A stretch of DNA of 64,000 bases from an uncultured Actinomycetes bacterium (GTDB lineage Bacteria > Actinomycetota > JAICYB01), in assembly GCA_963789445.1 (NCBI GenBank), contig CAWBKS010000001.1, positions 1,680,497 to 1,744,496 of the forward strand. The letters are read 5' to 3'. Both the position numbers and the translations under genes were made by a program. Shown piece by piece: positions 37,798 through 47,074 of the stretch. The notes beneath the pieces are model-generated. The model did no database searches, had not been told where the DNA came from, and saw only the letters and a list, made by a program, of their open reading frames with translations. Position 1 is the first letter of the stretch. Every line of letters begins with the position of its first letter.

Positions 37798-40700
37798 TCA
37801 TGGCTCGGCGGGAACCGTACCACGCGTGAATAAGGAACCCACCTCTTCGCGCAACCAGCCGATGAGGTCGAGATCGTCGCTCTTCCGGGCACCGGCAGGA
37901 GCAGCGTCTCGGTGGCCTCGGACACCACGGCCCGCGGGTGGGACGACCGCAGCCGGTCGCGCTCGTCGGGTCGAGATGGACGGGACGAAGCTTCGCCACC
38001 CGTCCGTACAGCTCGTGCGGCGCGATCGATACGTCGGTGATCGCCGTGCTCCCGCAGGTCCTGCTCGCAGTCGCGCGACCTCGAGCAGCATGCGCGCCGG
38101 CTTCGGCAGGGGGCCGAAGCGGTCGCGCAGCTCGTCGGTCGCGTCTTCGACGTCGGACGCGCTGACGGTCTCTGCGATCCGGCGGTAGGCCGCGAGCCGC
38201 AACGGCTCGCGGTCGATGAAGGACGCTGGGAGGTACGCATCGACCGGAAGGTCGATGCGTACCTCGGTCGGCTCCTCCTCTCCGGATGCCGCGAAGTTCC
38301 TTCGCGGCATCCTCCAGCAGCTTCACGTACATCTCGAATCCGACGGCCTCGATGTGGCCGTGCTGCTCGGCCCCCAGCATGTTGCCCGCGCCGCGGATCT
38401 CGAGGTCGCGCATGGCGATCGACATGCCGGAGCCGAGCTCCGTGTACTGCGCGAGCGTCTTGAGCCGCTCGTGCGCGGTCGGCGTCAGCCGGAGGTTCGG
38501 CGGAAAGAAGAGGTACGCGTAAGCCTGCTCGCCAGCCCGGCCGACTCGGCCGCGCAGCTGGTACAGCTGCGCGAGGCCGAGCCGGTCGGCCCGGTCCACG
38601 ATCAAGCGTGTTCACGGTCGGGATGTCCAGACCGGCCTCGATGATCGTCGTGCACAGGAAGACGTCAGTGCGCTGCTCCCAGAAGTCGATCATGGCGCGC
38701 TCCAAGCGCTCCGGGTCCATCTGCCCGTGTCCGACACCGATGCGCGCTTCGGGGACGAGCCGCTGCAACCGGCGGAGCTCCCGTCCTATCGATTGCACGC
38801 GGTTGTGCACGACGAACACCTGGCCTCCGCGCGAGAGCTCGCGACGGATGGCCGCGGTGAGCAACCGCTCGTCGAACGGACCGACGAACGTGCGCACCGG
38901 ACGCCGGTCGGCCGGAGCCGTGTCGATGATCGAGAGGTCGCGGATCCCCGACATCGACATCTCGAGCGTCCGAGGGATCGGTGTCGCCGTGAGAGTGAGA
39001 ACATCTACGTCTACCCGCATGTTGCGAAGCTTTTCTTTCTGGGCGACGCCGAAGCGATGCTCCTCGTCGATGATCAGGAGACCCAGGTCGTGGAACTTGA
39101 TGTCCGACGAGAGCAGCCGGTGCGTCCCGATCACGACGTCGACCTCACCGGTGGCGAGCTGAGCCACGACGTCCTGCTGGTGGGAAGCGTCGACGAAGCG
39201 CGACAGCATCGCGACCTTCACGGGGAACGGCTCGAACCTGTCGGAGAACGTAGCGTAGTGTTGCTGAGCGAGCAGCGTCGTCGGCACGAGCACGGCGACC
39301 TGTTTGCCTTCAACGATCGCCTTGAACGCCGCACGCACGGCGACTTCCGTCTTTCCGAAACCGACGTCGCCGCACACCAGTCGGTCCATCGGAAGCTCAC
39401 GGTGCATGTCGCCGTCCGACGTCTTCGATCGCTCGAAGCTGGTCGGGCGTCTCGTCGAAGGGAAAGGACTCGGCGAGCTCGCGCTCCCACGGCGTGTCCA
39501 GCGGGAAGCTGTGTCCCGTCGAGCTTCATGCGGGCCGAATACAGACGGATGAGATCGGCGGCGATGTCGCGCACACGCTTGCGGACGCGAGCCTTGGCGC
39601 GTTCCCAGTCGGCGGTGCCCAAGCGCGAGAGACTCGGCTCTTCCGATCCGATGTAGCGCTGCAGCGATTCGGTCGTGTCGGTCGGGACGAACAGACGGTC
39701 GCCCGGCCGCGTACTCGATGACGAGGTACTCGCGGACGAACCCCGCAACCTCTCGCGTCTCCATCCCGACGTAGCGTCCGATGCCGTGGTGCGAGTGGAC
39801 GACGACGTCACCGGGATGCAGCTCACCGAGCGCCGCACGACGACTCGGCCTTTGGGGCCGGCTCGGAGCCGGCGGACGCGCGTGCCATTCGGTGTGCGTG
39901 ACGACGGCGAGAGCCAGAGCGGGCGAGACGAATCCGCCGTGCAGATGCGACTCGACGACCGGCGATCCGCTCAGACCCTCCTCGGCCAGGCGCGTGCCGA
40001 CGACCGCGGTCTCCTGAGGGAAGGCGCAGAACACGACGTCGTATCCCTCGGCCCGCAGCGCGCGGCAGCGTTCGAGCAGCGCTCGCGGCGAAGCTGATTC
40101 CCACGTGCGCGCGTCGATCCGTGGGTCGTCGGGTCGATGCGGCATAGCTCGGCATCCCCCAGACTTCGCGTCCGGCCGCGCGAAGCTCGTCGATGACGCG
40201 ATCCATCGGAAGGTGCAGCACGCCGAACTCGTCGCGGTTATGGGTCGGGCCGCTCGAGGATCTCCTCAGCCAGATGCGCCGGATCGGCCCACAGCGAAGC
40301 GAGCTCCTCTTCGTGCTCGACGGCCTTGGCTGCTTCGTCGTTGGTACGAGCGGGATCGAACACCACGACCACGCAGCCATCGTCCAACGATCGGTCTGCA
40401 GTCCGTCGCGCTCGGCGTCCCACACCCGGGGAAGCAGCGACTCCGAACCTTCCGGAACCGCACCGGACGCGAACCTTTCCAGATCGGTCGGCGACGGATT
40501 CGAGATAAGGACGCACCGACGCGATCGCAGCGGCGCGGCTTGCGCGCTCGCGGATCTCGGCCGTCGGCGGGAGCTCGGTGCGAGCGACGGCAACGACTCC
40601 GGTGGCGTCGCCGACCGATCGCTGGGTGGCGGGATCGACGAGCCGGATCGACTCGACCTCGTCACCGAACAGCTCGATGCGTGCGACGCGATCGTCCTGT

Positions 40701-41247
40701 GCCGGGAACACATCGACGATCGCCTCCGCGGACGGCGAAGGTCCCCGGCTCGATCGCGACGTCCTCCCGCAGGTAGCCGAGCTCGGACAGTCGTCCGAGC
40801 GAGGTCGTCCCGGTCGATCACATCGCCGACGCGAACACCGACCGGCTCGAGATGCGCGGCGCCCGGCGCCGGCTTGGAGATGAAGCCACGAGCCGACGCA
40901 ACTACGACCCGGGGGCCGGAACCATGAGCGAGCAGACGCAGCGCTTCGAGTCGGTGCGCCGATATCCGCGGGTCGGGCGACAGACCCTCATAAGGAAGGA
41001 CGTCCCAGCCCGGCAAGACCGCCGTCGGTCGAAGGAACTCGTCGACCGAAGCGCGCAGAGCCTCGGCATCGGCCTCCGTGGGGACGACGGCCAGTACGCA
41101 CCGGTCCATCGCATCGGCCAATCCGGCGAGGAAGTACGGGCGCGCGGCATCGGGGACCGCGATCCCATCCGCCCCGCCGTACATGACGTCGCGGAAGACG
41201 GGATCGCGCTCCCAACGCTGCAACAGGTGCTGCAGAGGTGCTGCCAA
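37798..41247 (-). CDS. mfd: transcription-repair coupling factor Mfd, at least 6 frameshifts
   Basis: N-terminus (TTG start at 41247, GGAGG SD) is (M)[44 protein letters not shown]... Helicase core: [49 protein letters not shown]...[25 protein letters not shown]...[12 protein letters not shown]...[16 protein letters not shown]. Then [33 protein letters not shown]... The C-terminus ...[25 protein letters not shown]... lies in other frames. Confidence 0.8.
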
Positions 41248-41272
41248 AGTGCCTCCTGCACAACGCCACTAA

Positions 41273-41296
41273 GGGCCCGGTTCGAAAACCGGGCCC
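41273..41296 (-). terminator. perfect GC-rich palindromic hairpin GGGCCCGGTT-cgaa-AACCGGGCCC between pth and mfd, about 26 nt upstream of the mfd start
   Basis: A 10-bp perfect stem with a 4-nt loop. There is no U-tract on the transcribed (minus) strand, so it may act as a terminator or attenuator for ctc-pth, an RNA-stability element or a protein-binding palindrome. Confidence 0.3.
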
Positions 41297-41402
41297 TGCC
41301 AAAGGCTCTTTTCACCAACCAACTACCAGTCGAGCCGTATCTACAGTACTAACGCAACCACCCAGGATGGGGTGTTGGTTTTGAGTGTCTGCCTTCCTGG
41401 CT

Positions 41403-41995
41403 TCATTCCCGAGCGTGCAGAACGTTTTGTGCCGCGTCGAGCCCTTCGCGGATCAAGATCTTCAGGGCCTCCAGCCCTCGATCCATCGCGCCGTCGATGA
41501 GCTCCCGCTCACCCGGCGCGAACTTCGACAGGACGTGGTCTGCCCCTTCTTCCTTGGACGGAGGCTTCCCAACACCTATGCGCAGACGGAGGAAGTCCCT
41601 AGACCGCAGCGCCGCCTCGATCGAGCGAAGTCCGTTGTGTCCCGCCGTTCCGCCGCCGGCCTTTGAGCCGGACGGTCCCGGGAGGAAGGTCGAGCTCGTC
41701 GTGCACCACCATGAGCTGATCGGGCTTGACACCTTGCTTGCGCACGAGCCGGGCGACCGGCCGTCCTGAATCGTTCATGTACGTCGTGGGGATGGCGAAC
41801 ACGACCGAGGTCCCATCTACTGTGGCTTCCGAGACTCGCGCTTGGCCGCGAGCGCGCTTGAGGTCTGCTCCGGCATCCGCCGCGAGTCTTTCGACGAGAT
41901 TCGCGCCGAGGTTGTGCTTGGTTCGCGAGTAAGACGGGACCGGGGTTGCCCAATCCCACGATGACGAACGACGGGCGAGCGCCGCGCCCGAACAA
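41403..41995 (-). CDS. pth: peptidyl-tRNA hydrolase, 2 frameshifts
   Basis: TTG start; (M)FGRGARPSFVIVGLGNPGP, then a shift. YSRTKHNLGANLVERLAADAGADLKRARGQARVSEATVDGTSVVFAIPTTYMNDSGRPVARLVRKQGVKPDQLMVVHDELDLPPGTVRLK, then a shift. GGGTAGHNGLRSIEAALRSRDFLRLRIGVGKPPSKEEGADHVLSKFAPGERELIDGAMDRGLEALKILIREGLDAAQ. Confidence 0.8.
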
Positions 41996-41998
41996 CGA

Positions 41999-42735
41999 CT
42001 AGCCCTCGCCGCCCTCGCTCGACTCTGCAGCCTCGCCCTCGGCTCCGCCCTCTTCGGCACCCTCTTCCGGAGCTTCCTCCGCCGCTTCGGCGAGCTCCTT
42101 GAGTGCTTCGAGATCTTCCGGCGACAGCGCGGCCAGAGCTTCCGCGTCCTCGGCCGAAAGCTGGACCTCCTCTTCCACCCGCGGCGCTGACTACAGATGC
42201 AACGGCCTGCTCGAGGTCGGAGAGGATGGTGACTCCGGTCGGCGGTGTGAGATCTCCATAACGGATCGTGTCGCCGATGACCATCGCCGACACGTCGATC
42301 TCGATCGACTCGGGCAGGTCGCGCGGCAGCGCTTCGACCTCGACCATGCGGCTCATCTGCTCGAGGATCCCGCCCAGCTTCACGCCTTCGGGCGTCACCG
42401 ATGAGGACGATCTCGACCTCGGTCTGCACCGGCTTGTCCTCTTGAACCCGGTGGAAATCGACGTGGAGAGCGAGCTGACGGACGGCATCGATCTGCAGGT
42501 CCTTCACGAGGGCCAGATATTCACGCCCGCCCTCGACCTTTACCGTCACCAGTGGGTGCGCGCCATGAGCGTGCAGCACGCGAAGCAACTCGTGGCGCGG
42601 TACGGATAGCGCAAGCGGTTCGATGCCCGGACCGTAGATGACGCCGGGAAGCAGACCTTCGGCCCGAAGCTTGCGGACATCACTGCGTCCGCGCTCGGAG
42701 CGCTGCTGCACGGTGAGAACGATGTTGTCTGCCAT
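41999..42735 (-). CDS. rplY: 50S ribosomal protein L25/general stress protein Ctc (bL25) with an acidic C-terminal tail, 1 frameshift
   Basis: MADNIVLTVQQRSERGRSDVRKLRAEGLLPGVIYGPGIEPLALSVPRHELLRVLHAHGAHPLVTVKVEGGREYLALVKDLQIDAVRQLALHVDFHRV..., then in a second frame ...LPRDLPESIEIDVSAMVIGDTIRYGDLTPPTGVTILSDLEQAVASVV... and an Ala/Glu-rich tail ending at the TAG at 41999-42001. Confidence 0.75.
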
Positions 42736-42803
42736 GGATTGGTCCTCGCGGCCCGTCTTAGCACCTTCGCCGACGAAAAGACACGCTACCAGACGTCGTC
42801 CGG

Positions 42804-43769
42804 CTAGTTGTCCCCGCCGAAGATCCCCGAAACGGATTCGTCCTCGAATACGGCCCTGATCGCATCGGCGATGATCTGGCCCACCGAGACCACCTCGAGC
42901 TTCGAGAATCCTCGCTCCGGCGGGATCGGCAGCGTGTTGGTCACCATGACCTTGCGTATCGGCGAGGCCTCCAGCCGGCGTGGCGCTTCGCCCGACAGCA
43001 CGGCGTGGGTGCATGCGGCATAGACCTCGGAAGCGCCGTGGGCGATGAGTGCCTCGGCCGCCTTAACGATCGTTCCGCCACTGTCGATCATGTCGTCGAC
43101 GAGCACGCACCGACGTCCATCAACGTCACCGACGACGTGCAACGTCTCGACCTCTCCGTGCACCTTCGGGTCGCGTCGCTTGTGCACGATGGCCAGCTCT
43201 TGGTCGAGCTTCTTCGCGAATCGGTCGGCTACACCCACACGGCCGGCGTCGGGGGCCGTGATCACCAGGTCGCCTCCGAGCTCATTCGAGAGGTAATCGA
43301 GGATCAACGGATGCGCCGTCAAGTGATCGAACGGCATGTCGAAGAAGCCCTGGATCTGTCCGGCGTGCAAGTCGACCGACATGACGCGATCGGCTCCCGC
43401 CGTGTGTAGAAGGTCGGCCATGAGCTTGGCCGAGACGGGCTCGCGTGCGAGGTGTTTCTTGTCCTGGCGCGAATACGGGAAGAAAGGAAGCACCGCCGTG
43501 ATGCGACGCGCCGATCCGCGCTTGAGAGCGTCGAGCATGATCAGCGTCTCGACGATGTGCTCGTTCACGGGCGGCGCGTGCGTCTGGAGAACGAAAACGT
43601 AGGCACCGCGAACGGACGTTAAGAACCGGACGTAGACCTCGCTGTTTCCGAAGTGGTGGATGTCCACCGGGCCCAGCGTCTCACCGAGGTGCTTGCCGAC
43701 CTCCTCTGCCAGCTCGGGGTGCGAACTGCCCGAGTAGAGGAGCAGGTGCCGCTTCTCCGCGTATTCCAT
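42804..43769 (-). CDS. prs: ribose-phosphate pyrophosphokinase
   Basis: Intact 321 aa, ...LLLYSGSSHPELAEEVGKHLGETLGPVDIHHFGNSEVYVRF...VLVDDMIDSGGTIVKAAEAL... Confidence 0.95.
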   Translation of the reverse strand: MEYAEKRHLLLYSGSSHPELAEEVGKHLGETLGPVDIHHFGNSEVYVRFLTSVRGAYVFVLQTHAPPVNEHIVETLIMLDALKRGSARRITAVLPFFPYSRQDKKHLAREPVSAKLMADLLHTAGADRVMSVDLHAGQIQGFFDMPFDHLTAHPLILDYLSNELGGDLVITAPDAGRVGVADRFAKKLDQELAIVHKRRDPKVHGEVETLHVVGDVDGRRCVLVDDMIDSGGTIVKAAEALIAHGASEVYAACTHAVLSGEAPRRLEASPIRKVMVTNTLPIPPERGFSKLEVVSVGQIIADAIRAVFEDESVSGIFGGDN

Positions 43770-45199
43770 CAGCTCCCCTTTCGCTTCCTCGCCGGCTTCT
43801 TCTTGGACGTCTTGGCTATCGCCTTCTTCTTGCGCTTCCGCGGCTCGGCCGGGACACCGTAAACGAGCCCGCCGGCCGGTACGTCATGGGTCACGACCGA
43901 TCCGGCGCCAGTGTAGGCACCGGAACCGACGCGCACGGGAGCGACCAGGATCGTGTCCGAGCCGATGAAGACGTCGTCGCCGATCTTCGTTCGGTGCTTG
44001 GCCTTGCCGTCGTAGTTGGAAGTGATCGTGCCGGCTGCGATGTTGGATCGGGGACCGACCGACACGTCTCCGAGGTACGAGAAGTGAGGGACCTTGGCAC
44101 CCTCACCGATCTCGGCATTCTTCATCTCAGCGAACGTCCCGACGTGTGCACCCTTCTTGAGAACAGTCCCGGGGCGAAGCGAGACAAAGGGCCCGACGGT
44201 TGCCGCCGGGCCGATTTTCGCTTGCCGGGCCACGGTGAAAGTTACGACGGCTTCATCGCTCACCGTCGTGTCAACCAGACGCGTGTTCGGTCCGATCTCG
44301 CAGTGTCCGCCGATCTTCGTCGCGCCCTCGAGAAAGGTGTTCGGGTGAAGGACGGTGTCTGGGCCGACGCTGACTCCGGCATCCACATAGGTGGTGTCGG
44401 GGTCGATGACGGTGACTCCGCGGTCCATCAGCTCGCCGACCACGCGCTCGCGCGCGAGCCGCGCGACGTTGGCGAAGTCGTACCGGGTGTTAGTACCAAC
44501 CACTTCTTCCGGAGGAGCCTGAAGGCTTGCGAGCGCCTCCCCTTCCTTCGTAAGGACGCCGACAGCATCGGTCAGGTAGTACTCGGCCTGCGCGTTGTCC
44601 TTGCCGAGCTTGGGGAGCACGCGCTGCAGGACGTCGGTGGAGAAGACATACGTGGATGTATTGACCTCTCGGATGTCGAGTTCGTCTCCGGACGCGTCAC
44701 GGACTTCGACGACACCCGTGATCTGGTCGCCGGAGCGCAACACTCGGCCGTAGGCCGGAGGCCCGTCGATGGAGGTCAGCACGGCGGCTGCAGCGCCCGA
44801 TTCGCGTTTGGTCTTGACGAGACCGACCAGGCTTTCGGATGAGATCAACGGCATATCGCCGGCGAGAACCAGCACCTCGGCCACCGGGCCGAGCTTGCGA
44901 AGACCTATCCGCGTCGCATCGCCGGTTCCCTTCGGGTCGCTTTGCACGGCAAAGGTGAGGTTGAACGGATACTTCTCGTCCGCGAGCGCCTTCTCGATCT
45001 GCTTGCCGGGCGCAACAACCAGACATACATCCGTCAGCCGGATCGACTTGTGGACGCCGCGTAAAGACTCGAGAACGTGCGAGATGATCGTCCGCCCAAC
45101 GACGGGGTGCAGGACTTTAGGTCTCGTCCCACGAAATCGCGTGGAGCGACCCGCGGCGAGAACCACGGCCGACAGCGTCGGTTTTCGATTGTTCGTCAC
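43769..45199 (-). CDS. glmU: bifunctional UDP-N-acetylglucosamine pyrophosphorylase / glucosamine-1-phosphate N-acetyltransferase with a Lys-rich C-terminal tail
   Basis: ...LSAVVLAAGRSTRFRGTRPKVLHPVVGRTIISHVLESL...LVLAGDMPLIS... plus the left-handed beta-helix hexapeptide region and the tail ...VPAEPRKRKKKAIAKTSKKKPARKRKGS. The start is uncertain. The ORF track's 5' end (to 45337) reads through the tRNA-Gln gene and is spurious. Confidence 0.9.
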   Translation of the reverse strand: MTNNRKPTLSAVVLAAGRSTRFRGTRPKVLHPVVGRTIISHVLESLRGVHKSIRLTDVCLVVAPGKQIEKALADEKYPFNLTFAVQSDPKGTGDATRIGLRKLGPVAEVLVLAGDMPLISSESLVGLVKTKRESGAAAAVLTSIDGPPAYGRVLRSGDQITGVVEVRDASGDELDIREVNTSTYVFSTDVLQRVLPKLGKDNAQAEYYLTDAVGVLTKEGEALASLQAPPEEVVGTNTRYDFANVARLARERVVGELMDRGVTVIDPDTTYVDAGVSVGPDTVLHPNTFLEGATKIGGHCEIGPNTRLVDTTVSDEAVVTFTVARQAKIGPAATVGPFVSLRPGTVLKKGAHVGTFAEMKNAEIGEGAKVPHFSYLGDVSVGPRSNIAAGTITSNYDGKAKHRTKIGDDVFIGSDTILVAPVRVGSGAYTGAGSVVTHDVPAGGLVYGVPAEPRKRKKKAIAKTSKKKPARKRKGS

Positions 45200-45201
45200 A
45201 G

Positions 45202-45272
45202 CTGGGAGGGGCGGACTCGAACCGCCATAACGGGATCCAAAGTCCCGGGTCCTACCATTGGACGACCTCCCA
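45202..45272 (-). tRNA. tRNA-Gln (anticodon TTG)
   Basis: Minus strand reads TGGGAGGTCGTCCAATGGTAGGACCCGGGACTTTGGATCCCGTTATGGCGGTTCGAGTCCGCCCCTCCCAG. It has a 7-bp acceptor stem (TGGGAGG/CCTCCCA), an anticodon stem CGGGA/TCCCG with loop CTTTGGA (TTG), a T-arm GGCGG-TTCGAGT-CCGCC and discriminator G. CCA is not encoded. It was found because the glmU ORF reads through it. Confidence 0.85.
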
Positions 45273-45294
45273 CCGAAGTCATTGAGGGGCCAGT

Positions 45295-46194
45295 CTATTG
45301 GCCGCTTTTGGCTCCCAAAACGAGCCGAACTCCCCAATCGATGGGGCGCGCGACGAGGACCTCGTCGAACACCGAATTCACACGGTCCTTCACCGTCTCC
45401 GCCGCGCTCTTGGACTCGAGAACACCGATGACCGCGGGGCCGGATCCGGATACGAAGGCCACGCCCGCGGCCTCGCGCATCCCCTCGACCTGTTCGCGCA
45501 AACCGCCGACCAGATCGAGGGCTGCACGCTCCAGGTCGTTGTGATGCAGAGCGCTCGTGCGATCACCGTCGTCTGCCATGCGGTCCAAGGCGTCGTAGGC
45601 GGCGCCGGTCGATACACGTTCGGCACCGATACCGATCACTATCCATCCGTCCGTGTACGAACCGACGCGTCTCACACACTCGCCGCGTCCCGAAGCGTGC
45701 ACCAACCCGCCGGTGAGCATCGCCGGAACGTCGGAGCCGATCTCGGCCCCCATCTCGACGAGCTGCGATGCGCTCCGTCTTGCGCCCCACACCGTGTTGA
45801 GGCCGACGAGAACAGCCGCTGCGTCTGCGCTTCCACCGCCCAGGCCGGCGGCCACCGGGATGCTCTTGTGAAGAACGATCCTCGTCGATCGGACCTCCGT
45901 GGAATCGGCCATGAGCTTGCACGCTCGGAAGATGAGGTTGTCCTCGGACTCGAGCTCGGGCGGCCCTCCGTCGACGCGAAGCGTTATGGACGAACCCCCG
46001 TCGAACCGAAGGCCAACACCCTCTCCTGCGTGGTCACCGGCATCGGTCGAGATCTCGATCAGATCGGTTAGCGAGATCGTCTGCAGTAGCCCGGACACCT
46101 CGTGATAGCCGTCTTCTCTTCGCTCACCGACTCGCCAGCCGAGGTTGATCTTGGCGGCCGCGTGGACGGTGGCACGGCGCGGCGGGGATTTCAT
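45295..46194 (-). CDS. ispE: 4-diphosphocytidyl-2-C-methyl-D-erythritol kinase
   Basis: Intact 299 aa with GHMP-kinase motifs (...KINLGWRVGERREDGYHEVSGLLQTISL..., ...PVAAGLGGGSADAAAVLVGLN...). Confidence 0.85.
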   Translation of the reverse strand: MKSPPRRATVHAAAKINLGWRVGERREDGYHEVSGLLQTISLTDLIEISTDAGDHAGEGVGLRFDGGSSITLRVDGGPPELESEDNLIFRACKLMADSTEVRSTRIVLHKSIPVAAGLGGGSADAAAVLVGLNTVWGARRSASQLVEMGAEIGSDVPAMLTGGLVHASGRGECVRRVGSYTDGWIVIGIGAERVSTGAAYDALDRMADDGDRTSALHHNDLERAALDLVGGLREQVEGMREAAGVAFVSGSGPAVIGVLESKSAAETVKDRVNSVFDEVLVARPIDWGVRLVLGAKSGQ

Positions 46195-47024
46195 CCAAGT
46201 CGCCCGTACAAGTGCGCGAAGGTCGGCAGATCGATCTCTTCGGGACGCGAACGAGGGTCGAGTCCCTCATCGCGAAGCGCCTCCTCGATGGCACCCACCA
46301 CGTACCCAGACGCCGCGAGCGAGTTCCGAAAGGTCTTCCGGCGATGCGCGAAAGCCTTGTGAACGAAGCCGACGAACGCGGCGCGATCGTCCACCTCTAC
46401 CGGCGGGCGCTCGTGCCGGCGGAAGGACACGAGAACGGATGAGACCTTCGGCGGCGGCATGAACACCGACCGCGGGACGTCCCCCACGATCGCGGCCTCG
46501 GCGTGATAGCCGACGTGGAGAGTCACGGCACCGTAGGCACGAGTCCGAGGCGACGCCGTCCACCTCTCTCCCACCTCCCGCTGAACCATCACAAGCCCGC
46601 CCGAGACCTGAGGTGCATCGTCGAGCACGCGCATCAGAACGGGAGTGGCGACGTTATACGGAAGATTCGCAACCATCCGCGCCGGACCTCCTGCGAGCTC
46701 GCCCAGATCGGCGCGGACGGCATCGCCGACAACCAGCTCGACATTGGAGACGCCGGCCAGTACTTCGCGCAGAGCTTCGGCAACGGTTTCGTCCAGCTCG
46801 ATCGCGACGACGCGCTTGGCGGCGGAGGCCAGCTCGACGGTTAGGGAGCCGAGACCGGGACCGACCTCGAGGATCGTTTCGTCGGCAGAGATCTCGGCGA
46901 GCCGGACGATGCGAGCCACCGTGTTGGGATCGACGAGGAAATGCTGGCCGTGCCGTCGTCCGGCACGCAGGCGATGACGGTCGAGCAGATCGGCGGCAAC
47001 GGATGGTGTGACATGCCTGGGCAT
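46191..47024 (-). CDS. rsmA: 16S rRNA (adenine1518/1519-N6)-dimethyltransferase RsmA/KsgA
   Basis: Intact 277 aa, ...HGQHFLVDPNTVARIVRLAEISADETILEVGPGLGSLTVELA...MVANLPYNVATPVLMRVL... Confidence 0.9.
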   Translation of the reverse strand: MPRHVTPSVAADLLDRHRLRAGRRHGQHFLVDPNTVARIVRLAEISADETILEVGPGLGSLTVELASAAKRVVAIELDETVAEALREVLAGVSNVELVVGDAVRADLGELAGGPARMVANLPYNVATPVLMRVLDDAPQVSGGLVMVQREVGERWTASPRTRAYGAVTLHVGYHAEAAIVGDVPRSVFMPPPKVSSVLVSFRRHERPPVEVDDRAAFVGFVHKAFAHRRKTFRNSLAASGYVVGAIEEALRDEGLDPRSRPEEIDLPTFAHLYGRLG

Positions 47025-47074
47025 GTCCCCATTGTGCGCGGGGCGCTGCGCCCCCGGACCCCAGCGCTGCTCGG

